The notes under the pieces were generated by a model. The model ran no database searches. It was not told where the DNA came from and saw only the letters and a list, made by a program, of their open reading frames with translations. This document shows, one piece after another, positions 1-12,358 of a stretch of DNA of 64,000 nt. Made by a program: the position numbers and the translations under genes. Positions within the stretch are counted from its first letter, which is position 1, and each line of letters opens with the position of its first letter. Source of the DNA: Macrostomum lignano (taxonomy: Eukaryota); the NCBI GenBank assembly GCA_002269645.1, contig NIVC01003063.1:1-64000 (forward strand), given 5' to 3'.

Positions 1-790
1 ATCAGTGAATTTCTATCAAGAAAGATCAGTGAATTTCTATCAGAAAGATCAGTGAATTTCTATCAGAAAGATCAGTGAATTTCTACCAGAAGATCAGTGA
101 GTTTCTATCAGATCAATCAGTGAATTTCTTCAGATCAATGCAGTGACTTTCTATTAGACAAATCAGTGACTTTCTATCAGACCAATCAGTGACTTTCTAT
201 TAATCAAATCAATGTATTTCTATTAGATCAGTCAGTGCATTTTTCATCATATCAGTGACTTTCTATCAGATTAATCAGTGACTTTCTATCAGATTAATCA
301 GTGACTTTCTATCAGATCAATCAAGTGAATTTCTATCAGATTAATCAGTGAATTTCTATCAGATCAATCAGTGACTTTCCATCAGATTAATCAGTGACTT
401 TCTATCAGAAAGATCAGTGAATTTCTATCAGACTATTCAGTGAATTTCTATCAGAAAGATCAGTGAATTTCTATCAGAAAGATCAGTGAATTTCTACCAG
501 AAAGATCAGTGAGTTTCTATCAGATCAATCAGTGAATTTCTTTCAGATCAATCAGTGACTTTCTATTAGACCAATCAGTGACTTTCTATCAGACCAATCA
601 GTGACTTTCTATTAGATCAATCAATGTATTTCTATTAGATCAGTCAGTGCATTTTCATCATATCAGTGACTTTCTATCAGATTAATCAGTGACTTTCTAT
701 CAGATTAATCAGTGACTTTCTATCAGATCAATCAGTGAATTTCTATCAGATCAATCAGTGACTTTCCATCAGATCAATCAGTGAACTCGC
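1..790. repeat. 23-bp satellite, consensus ATCAGTGA(A/C)TTTCTATCAG(AAAG/ATCA/ATTA), with a ~411-bp higher-order duplication
   Basis: About 34 tandem units read directly. Diagnostic variants TTCTACCAG (81 and 492) and AATGTATTTC (211 and 623) recur about 411 bp apart. Confidence 0.92.
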
Positions 791-1073
791 TCAGAGATCA
801 CTTCTTAATGATTCCACAACAACTTGCCTGCAATGAAAATGACCTCAACATGCAATACACCTCGTACTGCGATACAGAAATCGCAAGCAATGAGATAAAA
901 TGAAAAGAGGACCGTAGTTAATTCAAGCTCGATATTATTAGGATAAAAGGCTGGCATTATTGAAAGCGACGAAAATGTCGCCATCTGTTAACACACTGTA
1001 GACTCTGTACATGTAGGCTTCAGTCGTATCCTTCATCATCACTGCCGAAAATGTCTCTAGGCGTTAAGCTTAC

Positions 1074-1485
1074 CTGTCTCAAATCCTGGCGAGTATCTTG
1101 TCCAACAGTACGGACAATGGAAAGCTGATTGGAGCAGTTAAAGCCATAAACAGTATGGTAATTGGCAGGGTAAATGCGCCAATAGCCAATCCGTGACGGG
1201 TGCACACAGCCTGAGGAATAATTTCGCCAAACAGCACAATACCAAAGATGCCGCTATCACAGTGGTTATACCATCGCCAATTAGCGAGCTCAATATGATT
1301 GACAGGGTGGTGTTGACAACAACGTTGCTAGCAACAGGCTGCACAGCAAGAAATTGCCCCTCTTTCGACGCGGCGATTATTCTCTTGGCGTGCGCCCGTT
1401 CTGACGGGCTGCCGGCGCGGCAGATGATCTTTAGTTCAACCAATGTCCAAAGCCATCAGGCCGAGGTTCAGGCCCGAGAACAGGC
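1074..1485 (-). CDS. CNNM: CNNM (cyclin M/ACDP) metal transporter, DUF21 transmembrane exon, with about 5 single-base frameshifts
   Basis: Stitching frames gives [46 protein letters not shown](G)[49 protein letters not shown](G)QD, which matches the CNNM DUF21 motifs. Acceptor TGCAG| at 1486; donor |GTAAGC at 1073. Confidence 0.88.
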
Positions 1486-1582
1486 CTGCATGTTTAGGCC
1501 AGAATTGATGCATAATATTTCAAATTCAACATGATTTTATAAACTCTAAATGTTATTAATCTTTGCACAAACCTAATATTGT

Positions 1583-1915
1583 CTTCATCAAACTGTTTCA
1601 GACTCTTCAAGCTTCATCAAACCGCACCCAGACTCTCCTAGCTTCATCAAACTGCACCTAGACTCTTCAAGCTTCATCAAACTGCATCAGACTCTCCTAG
1701 CTTCATCAAACTGCACCTAGACTCTCCTAAGCTTCATCAAATTACATCGAGAGTCTCCTAGCTTCATCGAATTGTACCTAGATTCTTCAAGCTTCATCAA
1801 ACTGCATCCAGACACTCCTAGCTTCATCATCAAACCGCACCTAGACTATTCTTGCTTTATCAACCTGCACCTTAGACTATCGTAGCTTCATCAAAATTGT
1901 ACCCAGTTCTTCAAG
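1583..1915. repeat. ~30-bp minisatellite (AGCTTCATCAAACTGCACCTAGACTCTTCA), about 11 copies, in the CNNM intron
   Basis: Direct tandem units, mostly alternating CTCTTCAA / CTCTCCTA variants. Confidence 0.9.
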
Positions 1916-2010
1916 TTTGGGTTAACTAAATTTAGACTTTCCCAGCTTAAATCCAAGTGGCTTAAAACCCAATGCACTGGCCCACAGAGTATTCCAGCTT
2001 CCTATCTTAC

Positions 2011-2583
2011 CGGACAGTAACATCAGAGCCACTGTAAAGCAAATCTTAGCCCACAAAGGCAGTGTTTCTTTAGTCACGTAGAACCTTGGTCCGCCGTCAG
2101 AGCCACCAGGATAGCGCCACCGATGCTCTTCAGTAGAATCCGATTTTTTTGCCACCTTTGTAGTCCAGTTACCGTGTAGACACAGTAGTAGATAACCGCC
2201 CGACGGCATTGGCACCAGATCGCTAGGCACGGTTACCATAGCAACAGCTGTTAGACCAGTTTCTCCAGGTTTCAATCTGAAACTAGTAGGCAGTTTGGCA
2301 TCCAGACACAGGCCATTGTCGTGATGGGTATTGGCAAAGGCTAGCCGGTCGAGTGCTTGCAGACCGCGACCGTAAAGACGTATTGATAGTTGACCTCCCA
2401 GTGGCACCTTTTGGTGACCGCCAGACTCAGCGGCCTCCCAGCTGAGGCTGTCCCAGAGCCATCCGACCTGGGAATGCCACGGCGTCGGAAAACTAACACA
2501 TCATCGGAAGCGGCGGCGGCTGTGGCAGCGACTGAAACAGCTATGGCGGCCAGGCTGGCAAAGACTAAGGCCAGAATAGTTGG
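2011..2583 (-). CDS. CNNM: CNNM upstream exon: hydrophobic leader, extracellular Ig-like domain and first TM helix; at least 1 frameshift
   Basis: ORFs 2341-2595 and 1922-2407 give LALVFASLAAIAVSV, IRLYGRGL..RLAF, YLLLCL and LPLWAKICFTVALMLLSG (CNNM-like LPxWxxxxFIxxLLxLSG). The phase-1 donor G|GTAAG at 2010 joins the 1485 exon in frame as [10 protein letters not shown]. Confidence 0.8.
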
Positions 2584-5500
2584 CTGGAAATACAAGAAAA
2601 TCTAATTAACTTTCAAAGTTCTTTAACCGCCTATCAAGGTTGTCTTTCGCTATTGCCAGTTCGGTCAATATATAAGCAGACTCAAGTCCCGCGTGTTCCT
2701 CTAGCTCTGGTGACAGGTGTTGTGTACAAGTTATCTTGTTCTGTGGATCAGAAAATTTCCTATATATAGGGAAAACCATGCAAAAGACATAATACATATA
2801 CACTAGAGCGAGAAAAGAACTCCTTCTCGGCTACAATAGCTGTTGTGACAAGAAGCAAACTTAACAGTTCAAAATTATCGATCGTTGTCAAACAGAATCT
2901 AGGATTAGCATATTTGAATCAAACTACACCAAGTCACAAGTGCGCAGTGAATTCCAGCCCAGTATTGACTTTTGAGTGACGCAACTTGCGCCACGCGACG
3001 CAGAGTTGGGCTGGGTGATGTGGGATTGGGAAGAGTGGAGGGCGAAGATTGGATGGATTGAAGCTTCCGCCCGGTTTTCATTGTTTTTTTCAAGAATTTT
3101 TTAATACCAAAATGGTTGGCCAGGTGATAGACTCTGGTTGAAAGATACTGCTCACTGGGAGCAAATGTTGGCGACTTTTCAATGTTGCTGAGTATATTTC
3201 TCAGACCCTGAAGACGGCCCTTGACGGACTGAAATGTGTTGGCTGATTTATTTAATTAAAGCAACATATGTTGTTTCTTTGGTTTTTATTTCAATTAATT
3301 AATGTTAGCTAGTTAAGTTGTAGTTTGCAGGGCCGAAGGTCGTTGCAATTCGAGGCGGTGGCGTACGCAGGGGGGGGGGCAGGTTCTCCGATAAGTAAAA
3401 TAAGCAACAACTTTGTCGACATCATCCCACGACGGGCGCTGAGGCAATTCTGGTCATTCCGCTGACTCCTGAGCACATGCAAGCTCGCCAATACTGTCCG
3501 CAGGCACGCACTCGAACACTCGCTCACCGTCACAGGCATATACACTCACTGCGTCTTTAGAATAGGCCTTTATGTGCGTGAAGCGCAGTATAATTTTCGT
3601 GCATGAACTCCAAATTAAATGGAATCTAACATACTTTAGTGCAATTTTTTAAATCTGAGTTAATCTGCCCCTGCAAAGAGCATTTTTAAAAAAGTTGATG
3701 TAATTTGAACAAATGACATGATGGGAAAACTAAAAGAAAGAAATAGCACACAAACCAATTTTTAATAAAGTCAAGAATTACATTGACCTCTGTAGTAAAA
3801 CTGTTCCAGTTTTGTTGTAAATTAAAAGTTTTTATCTTTTTTCTACTTTTACTTTAGCTAAAAATAGGAGACAGGAGCCTTCTTAAGAGTTAAACTCACT
3901 ATTTCTAGAATTGAAACTAGATAGATGATAGATAAATTGATAGAGCCAACTTATTTTTTGTACATAGGATATCATATAGTGCTTTCTAAATAAAACTAGT
4001 GTATACTACAAATTTACTAAACAATTGAATATAATGTTGAATATTCTATTATATAAAAAATAAATATAAACCTGCATTATTACATAAAAATTAAACACAT
4101 TCAACAATCAGTAAATCAGTAACAAAATTGAACATACAAATTTTCCAAACTTAATTTAAACTTTATTTTTTAATAAATTTTATAAAGTTGAAACAAAATT
4201 TAAGTTTTTTGAAAATATCATTTTTATTTAACAAAATAAATCGAAAAAACACCCTTTTATTACCAAGTATTGTATAAAATGTAATTAAGACATATGTTAA
4301 CAATAAAGAAGAATCACTATTGGACAGTATTTTTCATAGAAATTAGAGGTTTATTATGTTTCTTAGCTATCAACGTTTAAAAAAATTCACTTAAAATTTG
4401 ATATATACATTCATACATCACTAAGCACTTGGAAAAAAGAAAATGAATAATTTTTACTTAATTAGTAGCTCTAATTCAATAAGGACGACAAAAGGGACAA
4501 AGATAATATAGCTGCATGAACTTTTTATGGACCACAAAACGGTAGATCAATTAAGAGGTTGGCTCTCATAGTTTTTTCCTTGCTTTTTATTGATAATCTA
4601 AAAAGTCACGACTAATTAGTCGTAAACACATGCATTCTGCACGTGTAATTGCACGCAACTGTACAGTTAAGTTAGTTACGTTTTAAATTATCGTGCTCAC
4701 AACATCTAAACAAAGCTTCCATGCTAAATAATATAAGCTTACTTTTTTCTGTCCCCTAAACTTTTAAACAAAAAAAACTAAAAAATGTAAGCATAAGATT
4801 CATGTATATATTTCAATGTGTGGTACCCGAAAAACGGAAAATAATTCAAAATTTCGGTTTTTGGCGCCAAATTTCGAGTAAAGTATTTTAAGTAGATCAT
4901 GCTCAGTGTTTTAATTAGATGCTTATAGTCTGGCCCAGGGACACTGATTCCCAAAACAATATGCAAAATTTAGGAATTTGTCGTTTTATATTTTTGGTTT
5001 TAAAATTTTAATTGTACCCCTGCTGATATATAAAATCCAACGCCACTGTGCGCAACGCCACTGTGCTGAAAAATTAGGGACAAAACTTGGCTGAAATGCC
5101 TGAACGTCTACGAGAATCGAATTAGGAGGGGAAAACTGTAAAATCAAAAGTATGCTTGCTTTGACTTTTCTAGTAAATTATTTGAAAATTAAGTCGTCAT
5201 CTAGAATTTATTAGAATCTATAGTTAACTGGCGATTTGTATGTGCACATGATGGCAGTCAGTTTTCCAGCAGTAAGTTTGTCGGAATTCAATTTTTGGAA
5301 GGCAGTAGCTAAGCTTTCTTTTTAGATCCTGGCGTAGATAGTATATGTAAATCGCACTGTCACGTACATACAACTGCACGTAGTACAGGTTAGTCTTGCT
5401 AAATTTTAGTGTAATCCCCTACAACAATCGGACGTCGCGGCGACTTCGGCCGTCATTTAGCCGACAATCATGACGTCGTTATATCCGTCAATGAAATGCA

Positions 5501-6894
5501 AAAGTACATATTTGTCAGCAGCATGGATAGATCTCGGGATCGTCGTCAGCAGACGTTGCCGCGATGTCGGAAAATAAGGATATTCGAGAGTAAATCAAAT
5601 TTAAGTAATTAGCTAAATAATGATTTAAAGTTTTACGCTCGTACTTTAAGTTATGTCTTTGTGCATGGCCGTAGAGCGCGCAGTATCTGACTCGCGAACT
5701 GAACTGATTCTAAACGATTTTACACATAGCTAGACCATTTGGCAATTGTTAAGACGTAGGTCAGCTTGCTCTAGACTGCCATTGCAATTTTGGCTAATGG
5801 GTACCTGCTTTGTTTACTAGTTAAAAATACCAATTTAAAGATGAAAGGACAAAGAGGCATAGTAGCTAATTACTTTTCGTGCATTTCTTTTTATTACTTT
5901 TATTATATTGGTGCCGCCTACACAGCTAGTTTGAATGCTGCATTTAGAAAATTTGTTTCGAAAAAGTTCTTTTTTTGTCCTCAAAGTTTAAAAAAGTAGC
6001 TTAGCTAAGTTTTGGCAAAGGAAGAAAAATAAGCAAGTCTCTTCGAAACCTGCGCGCTTATGGAATAGCTGTATCCAGAACGTGGAGCACTGTGAAACTT
6101 CACTCTATTCGATGCAAGCCTCAATTATACTAATTATAGACCTGACTAGCAATGACTGCCTTCGGCTGTCTGTCCCGAGTTCCCAACCCAGTCCACTGCT
6201 TCATCAGCTGTAGAGAGATAGAAAAATAGCGAATGAACAAATTGAATGAATGAGATGCACAACTGTCACCCGCGCTAAGGCCAATCGCAAAGCAGTGAGC
6301 AGTTATATTTCGTCTTTTCATCGGGCAGCTGCCCCTAGGTTTTATGTCGGCGCGCTTCTGTCACAATGTCTTTGGAAAATTTTTCTGCGATTTAGCTGGC
6401 ACCGCCACTCTAAGCATTGTTCGGCGTTCCGTGTTCAGTGTTCCGCTTTTTCAAGGTCGAGAAGAGCTACTGTAGCTATCAGAATCGGCCAGCCGCTTCA
6501 ATTGTAAGTTTTGAAATCAAAAAGCATTTTAGTTCCGAAATGCGAAATCAAATACTAATTTGCAACTGTATGGTTTAAATTATTTCCGCGCTTTATAATC
6601 AGTTTTAACAAATAAAATAAAATACCATGTGATGCTACTAAGACTTATCACTCCTCGGGAGTGGGGAGTAATAAGTTAATTACTTGTTTACTAACTTAGA
6701 TGCAAATATGATTGCTTAAAATTTACTTTGAATAGAATTTAATCAAATTACTCGTAGATACAGTACGATGGATACGAACCCGAATAAAGCAAGCTGGTGT
6801 CGGCCACAAAGCCCTTTGATTAAGTTCACTACCGGTACAAAAATCACAAAGATGTTGAAAGATAAACGTTTTATTAAAAATCATCACTCGATTT

Positions 6895-7890
6895 TTAAGC
6901 CTTCTTCTTGCATGCGAAACGGAGTCGCTCATGACAGCGAGCCGATTTGATTTTTCGACCGTTCAGCGCGACGCAGTTTGTCACGAGGTCGTTGTTGGGA
7001 TTGTCCGTCTGCCAAGCTGGGAAGCCTCTGTAGTCACCTGACCTATCAGACCACCTGTAGCACACGGAAGCTCCAGTTGAGTAGTCGATCCTGCACGGAT
7101 TGAGCTTTAGCAAGCCAGTCCAAACGTCCACCGGGCACTCGTCGGTGCTCAAATCCAGCAGGATGAGCGCGCGCACCTCAAGGTCGTTGTGAAGCGACGC
7201 CACGTGGGCGCCGCGACCGTTGCAATAGAAATCGGCCTCGATGTACGTAGCCGCAAACTTCGGCATGAAGAAGCAGTAGCCGTTGAGATACTTCCAGTTG
7301 GTCGGGCAGGGCGTCGGGGCCGGGGTGCCGGATCCCAAATTGGGAACTTTGCAAACAAACTTCTGCTTGGCGTGATAGAGATTGTTATACCAGAACCTGT
7401 CTTCAAGCGAAATTAGCGGCTGGTGATAGCCGATAATTCTAGAGAAGTTGTGCGCGTGGTACGAACTGTTGCTCGTCTGACCGTCTGACCATCGGTAGTT
7501 GTCTGGCTCTCTCAGCTTGTCAACGTCGACGGCGTACCTTCCAGTCCAGACGCTTTCGCAGTACGTCAGCTTGCTAACAAAGATGTTCTCAGCTTTGTCG
7601 GTAATGCTAGCCAGGTAGCCACCTTGCCTCTTGCAGTATTCATTTGCAGTGTACCAGTAGTCACGGTTTTCCACATATAGATAGCAATAATCGCGGAAGA
7701 CAACCCACGACTTGTTTCTGGAGCATTGTCCAAAGAAGACTTCATCTTGTGGCGGCGGCGGCGGCGGCGGTGCAGCAGCCGCCTTGACAGGGACGGCGGC
7801 CTTCAATGGCTGAGCGAGCGGTTTTACACTAGCAGCAGCGTTGCTTGAAGCAAAGGCAAGCGTCAGGATAATTAGCAATGCAGCTTGCAT
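6895..7890 (-). CDS. Secreted intronless protein with two C-type lectin-like domains (331 aa)
   Basis: Signal peptide MQAALLIILTLAFASSNAAA and a Pro-rich linker. CTLD1: CYLY..W..A..YC..GGYLASI..WTG..W..FVCK. CTLD2: CPTNWKYLNGYCF..A..YC...AHVASL..WTGL..WSD..C..C...F.CK. Confidence 0.93.
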   Translation of the reverse strand: MQAALLIILTLAFASSNAAASVKPLAQPLKAAVPVKAAAAPPPPPPPQDEVFFGQCSRNKSWVVFRDYCYLYVENRDYWYTANEYCKRQGGYLASITDKAENIFVSKLTYCESVWTGRYAVDVDKLREPDNYRWSDGQTSNSSYHAHNFSRIIGYHQPLISLEDRFWYNNLYHAKQKFVCKVPNLGSGTPAPTPCPTNWKYLNGYCFFMPKFAATYIEADFYCNGRGAHVASLHNDLEVRALILLDLSTDECPVDVWTGLLKLNPCRIDYSTGASVCYRWSDRSGDYRGFPAWQTDNPNNDLVTNCVALNGRKIKSARCHERLRFACKKKA

Positions 7891-8640
7891 GCTTGACTAG
7901 GTATACAATGTCTAGCTGACTAATTATATTGAGCTCTACAAGCTTAGCTATGGCACCTTAGCTATGGTATACTGTATTTATAGACAGCTTGGTTGTCATG
8001 GTCAACATAACAGGTCTAAAATGTCTTATCTTTTCCATGCTCGTAAAATGGCTACAAAATTTTTCGACCAAGTCTCAGGGATGTTAAGCAAAAAAGCTTT
8101 ATCAGTCGTTTTTAATGATCTGCTTTTTAAGAAATGGCGCGATTTTATTAGCAAAAAATTTAAAAGAAAAAAGAGAGGTGTGTCGCGACTCCTCTAGCCA
8201 ATGTTTTTCTGCCGGCCAGGACGAAATTTTTTAAAAGAAGTTCTTATCAGCCCGACTTCGCTGATTTTCTTTAACTAGCTAGCTAACTAAGAATTTGCGA
8301 AGTTTTATCTCACTCTAAGCTGAAAAAATTCTCGCATACAATTCAACTCAAATTCATATATTAAACAGTTTATAGGCTTTCCGGTCTCGTTTACAATTTT
8401 TGGAAATCTAGAATCTCGAATCTATAAATTCATGTTTGACGCATTTTTGCGGACGGATGTAAAATCATTTTGAAGAAATGACTTTGTTCTCATGAGTTAG
8501 AACCTTGTTTGCCAACACTGTTAGTTTAGTCTGTTGCATAGGAAAATAATAATGACGCTATTATTACCAATACATATTGAGTATCGTCAATACGATAATT
8601 TCAGACACAGATCGCTACAAAGCTCGCCTCCTGCAGTTTC
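7891..8640. promoter_or_regulatory. 750-bp divergent intergenic region between the lectin and ZO-1 start codons (possible bidirectional promoter)
   Basis: Head-to-head gene arrangement only; no specific motif established. Confidence 0.3.
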
Positions 8641-11600
8641 ATGGAGACTGTTCAGTTGACTGTGACTCTGTCCAGGTCTCCGAATTTCGGCTTAGGCATC
8701 GAAATATCCGGAGGCATTGACAGTCGACCGATGCACCCCGTGGCTGGCATCGACGAGGCGCCAGGAGGTGTTTATGTTTGCACGGTGATTTCAGGCGGCC
8801 CGGCTGACAAGGTCCTCAAGCCGGGTGACCTGCTGCTGGGCTGCAATGGTTCCTCGATGCGTCGTGTAACTCACGATGAAGCCATCGCGATGCTGCAGCG
8901 AAGTCCTGTGGTCAACCTGCTTATCGAGCGGACTCTCAATGCCAGGGCATCTGGAATCGTCGGACCGGGGAAGCCTGACTTCCGTGAGGACCCCGTTGGC
9001 GGCTGTACAAATGGATCGTGCATTCTGGACGGCAAGGAACTGCAAGACTTTGAAGTTGAAGTGACTTTCGCCGTGCTTTCAAAAGAAACGCGAAAGTGCC
9101 AGTTGGCCGTAGTGAAGACTCTGGCGAGTGTCAACGGTGTCTCAGTGGACCAACTGGCTTCTCCAGCTCATTTAGCACGGCTAGTTGACTCCGCCCAATC
9201 CAGCACACTAAGATTCAAGCTAGCCAATATGGGACCTTTGACACTTTCCAAGGTGGGCTCACAATCTGCAATACAATCTAATGGAAGCGTCACAAATGAA
9301 AAACAGAAACAACAGCAGTATCCTTCACATGTAAGCCAGAAAATGGAAAAAGAGAAATCTATAACTCTGTCTAATGGCATGAAAGAGTCAAAGTATCTTC
9401 AAAAACTAAAAGGCAACCATACCAATTGCCTGGGAGCAGACCTTGTCACTGGCCTCGAAGATTACAACAACAAAGGGCTCAGCGGCGAACCTGGTGCGTC
9501 ATCAAGACTGAGTGACCACCTGCAAACGACAAAAGCAGGTTCATATGAAAGTCGCGGAGCTCAGCTGCTTATTGACTCGCATGACGTCAGAGTTCAAGTA
9601 CAGACTGCTGGTCAAGTAGATGGCCAAGCGGTTTCACGGGTTCACAGGGCTGTCAGTAACGGGCTAAATCCAAACAACTATTCGGATAGCAAGAACACGA
9701 GAAATCTTAATTCAGCTGAGCCGATTAGGCTTCGGAAATTTGGAACGACATCCGATCCGATGGAGCTTCGGCAACTGCCAGCTGAAGCCGAAGCTCGCAA
9801 CGAAGTTCGACAAACAACAGGCTTGCAGCCAAAATTGGTATTGTCAAGTACCGCTGCCTCTTTACTTCAAGAGCGTCCAATGACAGATAAACGACTTACC
9901 GAGACACAGCAAAGTAAGACAGAAGTCGGCAATGGCTACGGTAGACAATCAGATGTGCAGGGTGGTCGGAAATATGATCAATCGTTTGTGCACAGAAAAA
10001 TAGTCAAGCCGACAATAAACCTCCCTGAATCAAATTTAGTCGTTATGGAGCAGTCAAAGTGGAGCTCCAGCGTAGATCAAAGTCGACCGTTAATATCTCA
10101 AACGTCCGGTGTATCCTCGGTGAGGGAGCCAAAGGAGAATCAGGAAATTGTTACGAAGCCAGCGCATTTTCCCGAACGTCAACAGCAAACAAACGCGTCA
10201 AATTATTTTCAAGACTTTTCATGGCCGGAAAAAAATTCCAGGTCTGTAAACGCAGAAGAGAGCAGAAATACCAATAATTCACGCACACTGATCAGTCAAC
10301 CTCTTTGCGGGAGCTCTGACGCGAAGAAATCAAATAATTTAATCAAGTCCGGATCCAATATTGTCAATAGAAAAGATATACAAGAATTCATGGATGAATT
10401 GCTGCCGCCAAGGCAAGCCGAGAAGGCGACTTTCTATCTAGGAAAGCCGTCAAGTGAAACATGGAATCTTCCATCGAGCTTTATCGAGGAATGTCAACAC
10501 TTTTCGTCAAGTCGCACCCGATATAGTCAACTTACCGACGCGCCAGACAGTCAACCAGGCGAGAAGACCATCCGGGTCGTGCCCGACCTCGACGGATCGA
10601 TCGGCGTGCGGCTGGACGGTGGTAATGCGGTCGGAATATTTGTGCGCCAGGTGACCCCAGGAGGCGCAGCCGATAGAGCGGGCATCCGTCCGAGCCACCG
10701 ACTACTCGCCATCAACGAAAAGAGCATTGCCCGAGCCACGAAGGAAGAGGCCATGCTTTTACTACTGCGAGCTAACGGCCAAGAGCTTCAGGTTCGTTTG
10801 ATTTACGACCAGGCTGGTTATCGAGCTTTCGTCGCGAGCCAAAAACCGGGGGAAAACTTCTTCGTGCGGGCGCACTTTACCTACTCGACCCCGGCGCCGG
10901 GCGAGACGGCTTTTAGACGAAATTCCGTGTTCCAGGTAAGAGATACTCTTGTAGGCGGAGTTGTTGGTAGCTGGGAGGCTGTGCGAGTTCATCCGCTGCC
11001 AGCCGAGACCGAGGCCTCTTTGATTCCGTGCGCAAATCGAGCTGACCAGATCGTCATGGCGAACGCTGGCAGCGAGCTGCCAACAGCGTTCCCTCCGTAC
11101 GAGCGGGTGGCTCAACGCCGGGCAACCTTCTGCCGGCCTGTGGTCATATTTGGTCCGTTTGCCGACCGCGTGCGGAACTATTTAGTAGCTACTCATCCAG
11201 ACAGGTTCGAGCTACCGAAGCATTCGGGACCCACAGTGAGTTTAAGTGACCTGATATTTATGAGTTGCTAATTTCCCGCTTATGCTCTGAAATTTCAACT
11301 TAAAACCCGGTGGTTCCACTGCAAGGTGAAACTATCCGAAATTCGCTCTGTGGTTGCCCGCGGCAAGCATTGCGTCCTAGATTTGAACCCGGTGGCGGTG
11401 GACCGTCTCTGCTTTGCTCAGCTGGCTCCCATTGTGCTATACGTGCGAGCCGCCAATCGCATGGTGGTGAAGAAGATTCGTAAAGAGCGCGGCTCGAAGC
11501 GTCTTTACCAAGACAGCTGCAGGATGGAGCGATGGTGCAGCCACCTATTCACTGGGGGGTTCACGGTGGACCAGCCGGACTTGAACCCGTTGCTAGCTGG

Positions 11601-12358
11601 ACTCGACGGCCTCATTCATCTGCAGCAGTGCCAGACACTCTGGCTGGCTGAAAAGGACGAACGATTAATCAGAGCGTTGTCGGAGCCCAGTCTCTGCTGT
11701 TCAAGTGAGTCGCCTTCAATGTGTTTTCTGAGTAGCAAATTGCTTTTTATGTATATAATAAACTATTCAGCTTAAACAATACTGAATCCGAGCAGAGTCC
11801 AACAAGCAAGACTTGGAGCTGCCAATCTATTCAATGATTAGTGAAAAACACGACAGAAACGAATGGATGACCTGCGTTCATCACATGGAGGATCAACAGT
11901 TTCAGCAGCGGTACAGCCCGTCAGGCAGCTGCTGCTCGAACGATTGTCCGCTATCGGCTCACGTTGGAGACCCAGTGAAACTTCGCAAACAACAGCCCAT
12001 AGCTCTATGCACAGGGCTGTTTGACTTTGCCGGAGGGCAGCTGCGCTGCTCGCGAACGGGCGCCACATTGGAGGTTCCACCCAACGCACTGGCTCTCGGG
12101 CGTCTTCAACGCCTTCAACTGGCTGTACTGGGCGCTCAGACGCTGCTTCTTGGACCACCTGGCGTTCGATTTCAAAAGCATCTGACTGTTCGCCTGCCGG
12201 CCGGATGGAGGAGCGGTCGAATTGTCACGGGAACTTTGAGCGAATCTGGAGAAGTGACCAAGTGGACAGAGCTGCACTGGCCGTTGGCTGCTGCGAAATC
12301 CAGCGAGGGCATTGTCAGCTATACTGGCGATACCTTTGCGGCCACAGGTGCAGCTTAG
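8641..12358 (+). CDS. TJP1: ZO-1/polychaetoid-like MAGUK (PDZ, degenerate PDZ, PDZ, SH3, GuK, ZU5). Exons 8641-11235, 11326-11704, 11796-12358; 1178 aa
   Basis: PDZ1 TLSRSPNFGLGIEISGG..GGPA. PDZ3 SIGVRLDGGNAVGIFV..KEEAMLLLL. SH3 FFVRAHFTY..VRDTL..GSW. GuK PYERV..RPVVIFGP..GKHCVLD..AVDRL. ZU5 GLFDFAGGQL..GATLEVPPNAL..GPPGVRF..L..P. Introns 11236-11325 (phase 0) and 11705-11795 (phase 1) are GT-AG and restore the frame. The symbol denotes the family, not proven orthology. Confidence 0.9.

Noticed and set aside
1-790. CRISPR-like appearance of the regular short repeats (also 1583-1915 and 54545-54898)
   Set aside because: There are no unique spacers and the context is eukaryotic; these are simple tandem repeats.
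3356-5048. Possible hAT-type MITE with CGGTGGCGT / ACGCCACTG ends
   Set aside because: Only a 9-bp imperfect TIR, no TSD and an AT-rich featureless interior.
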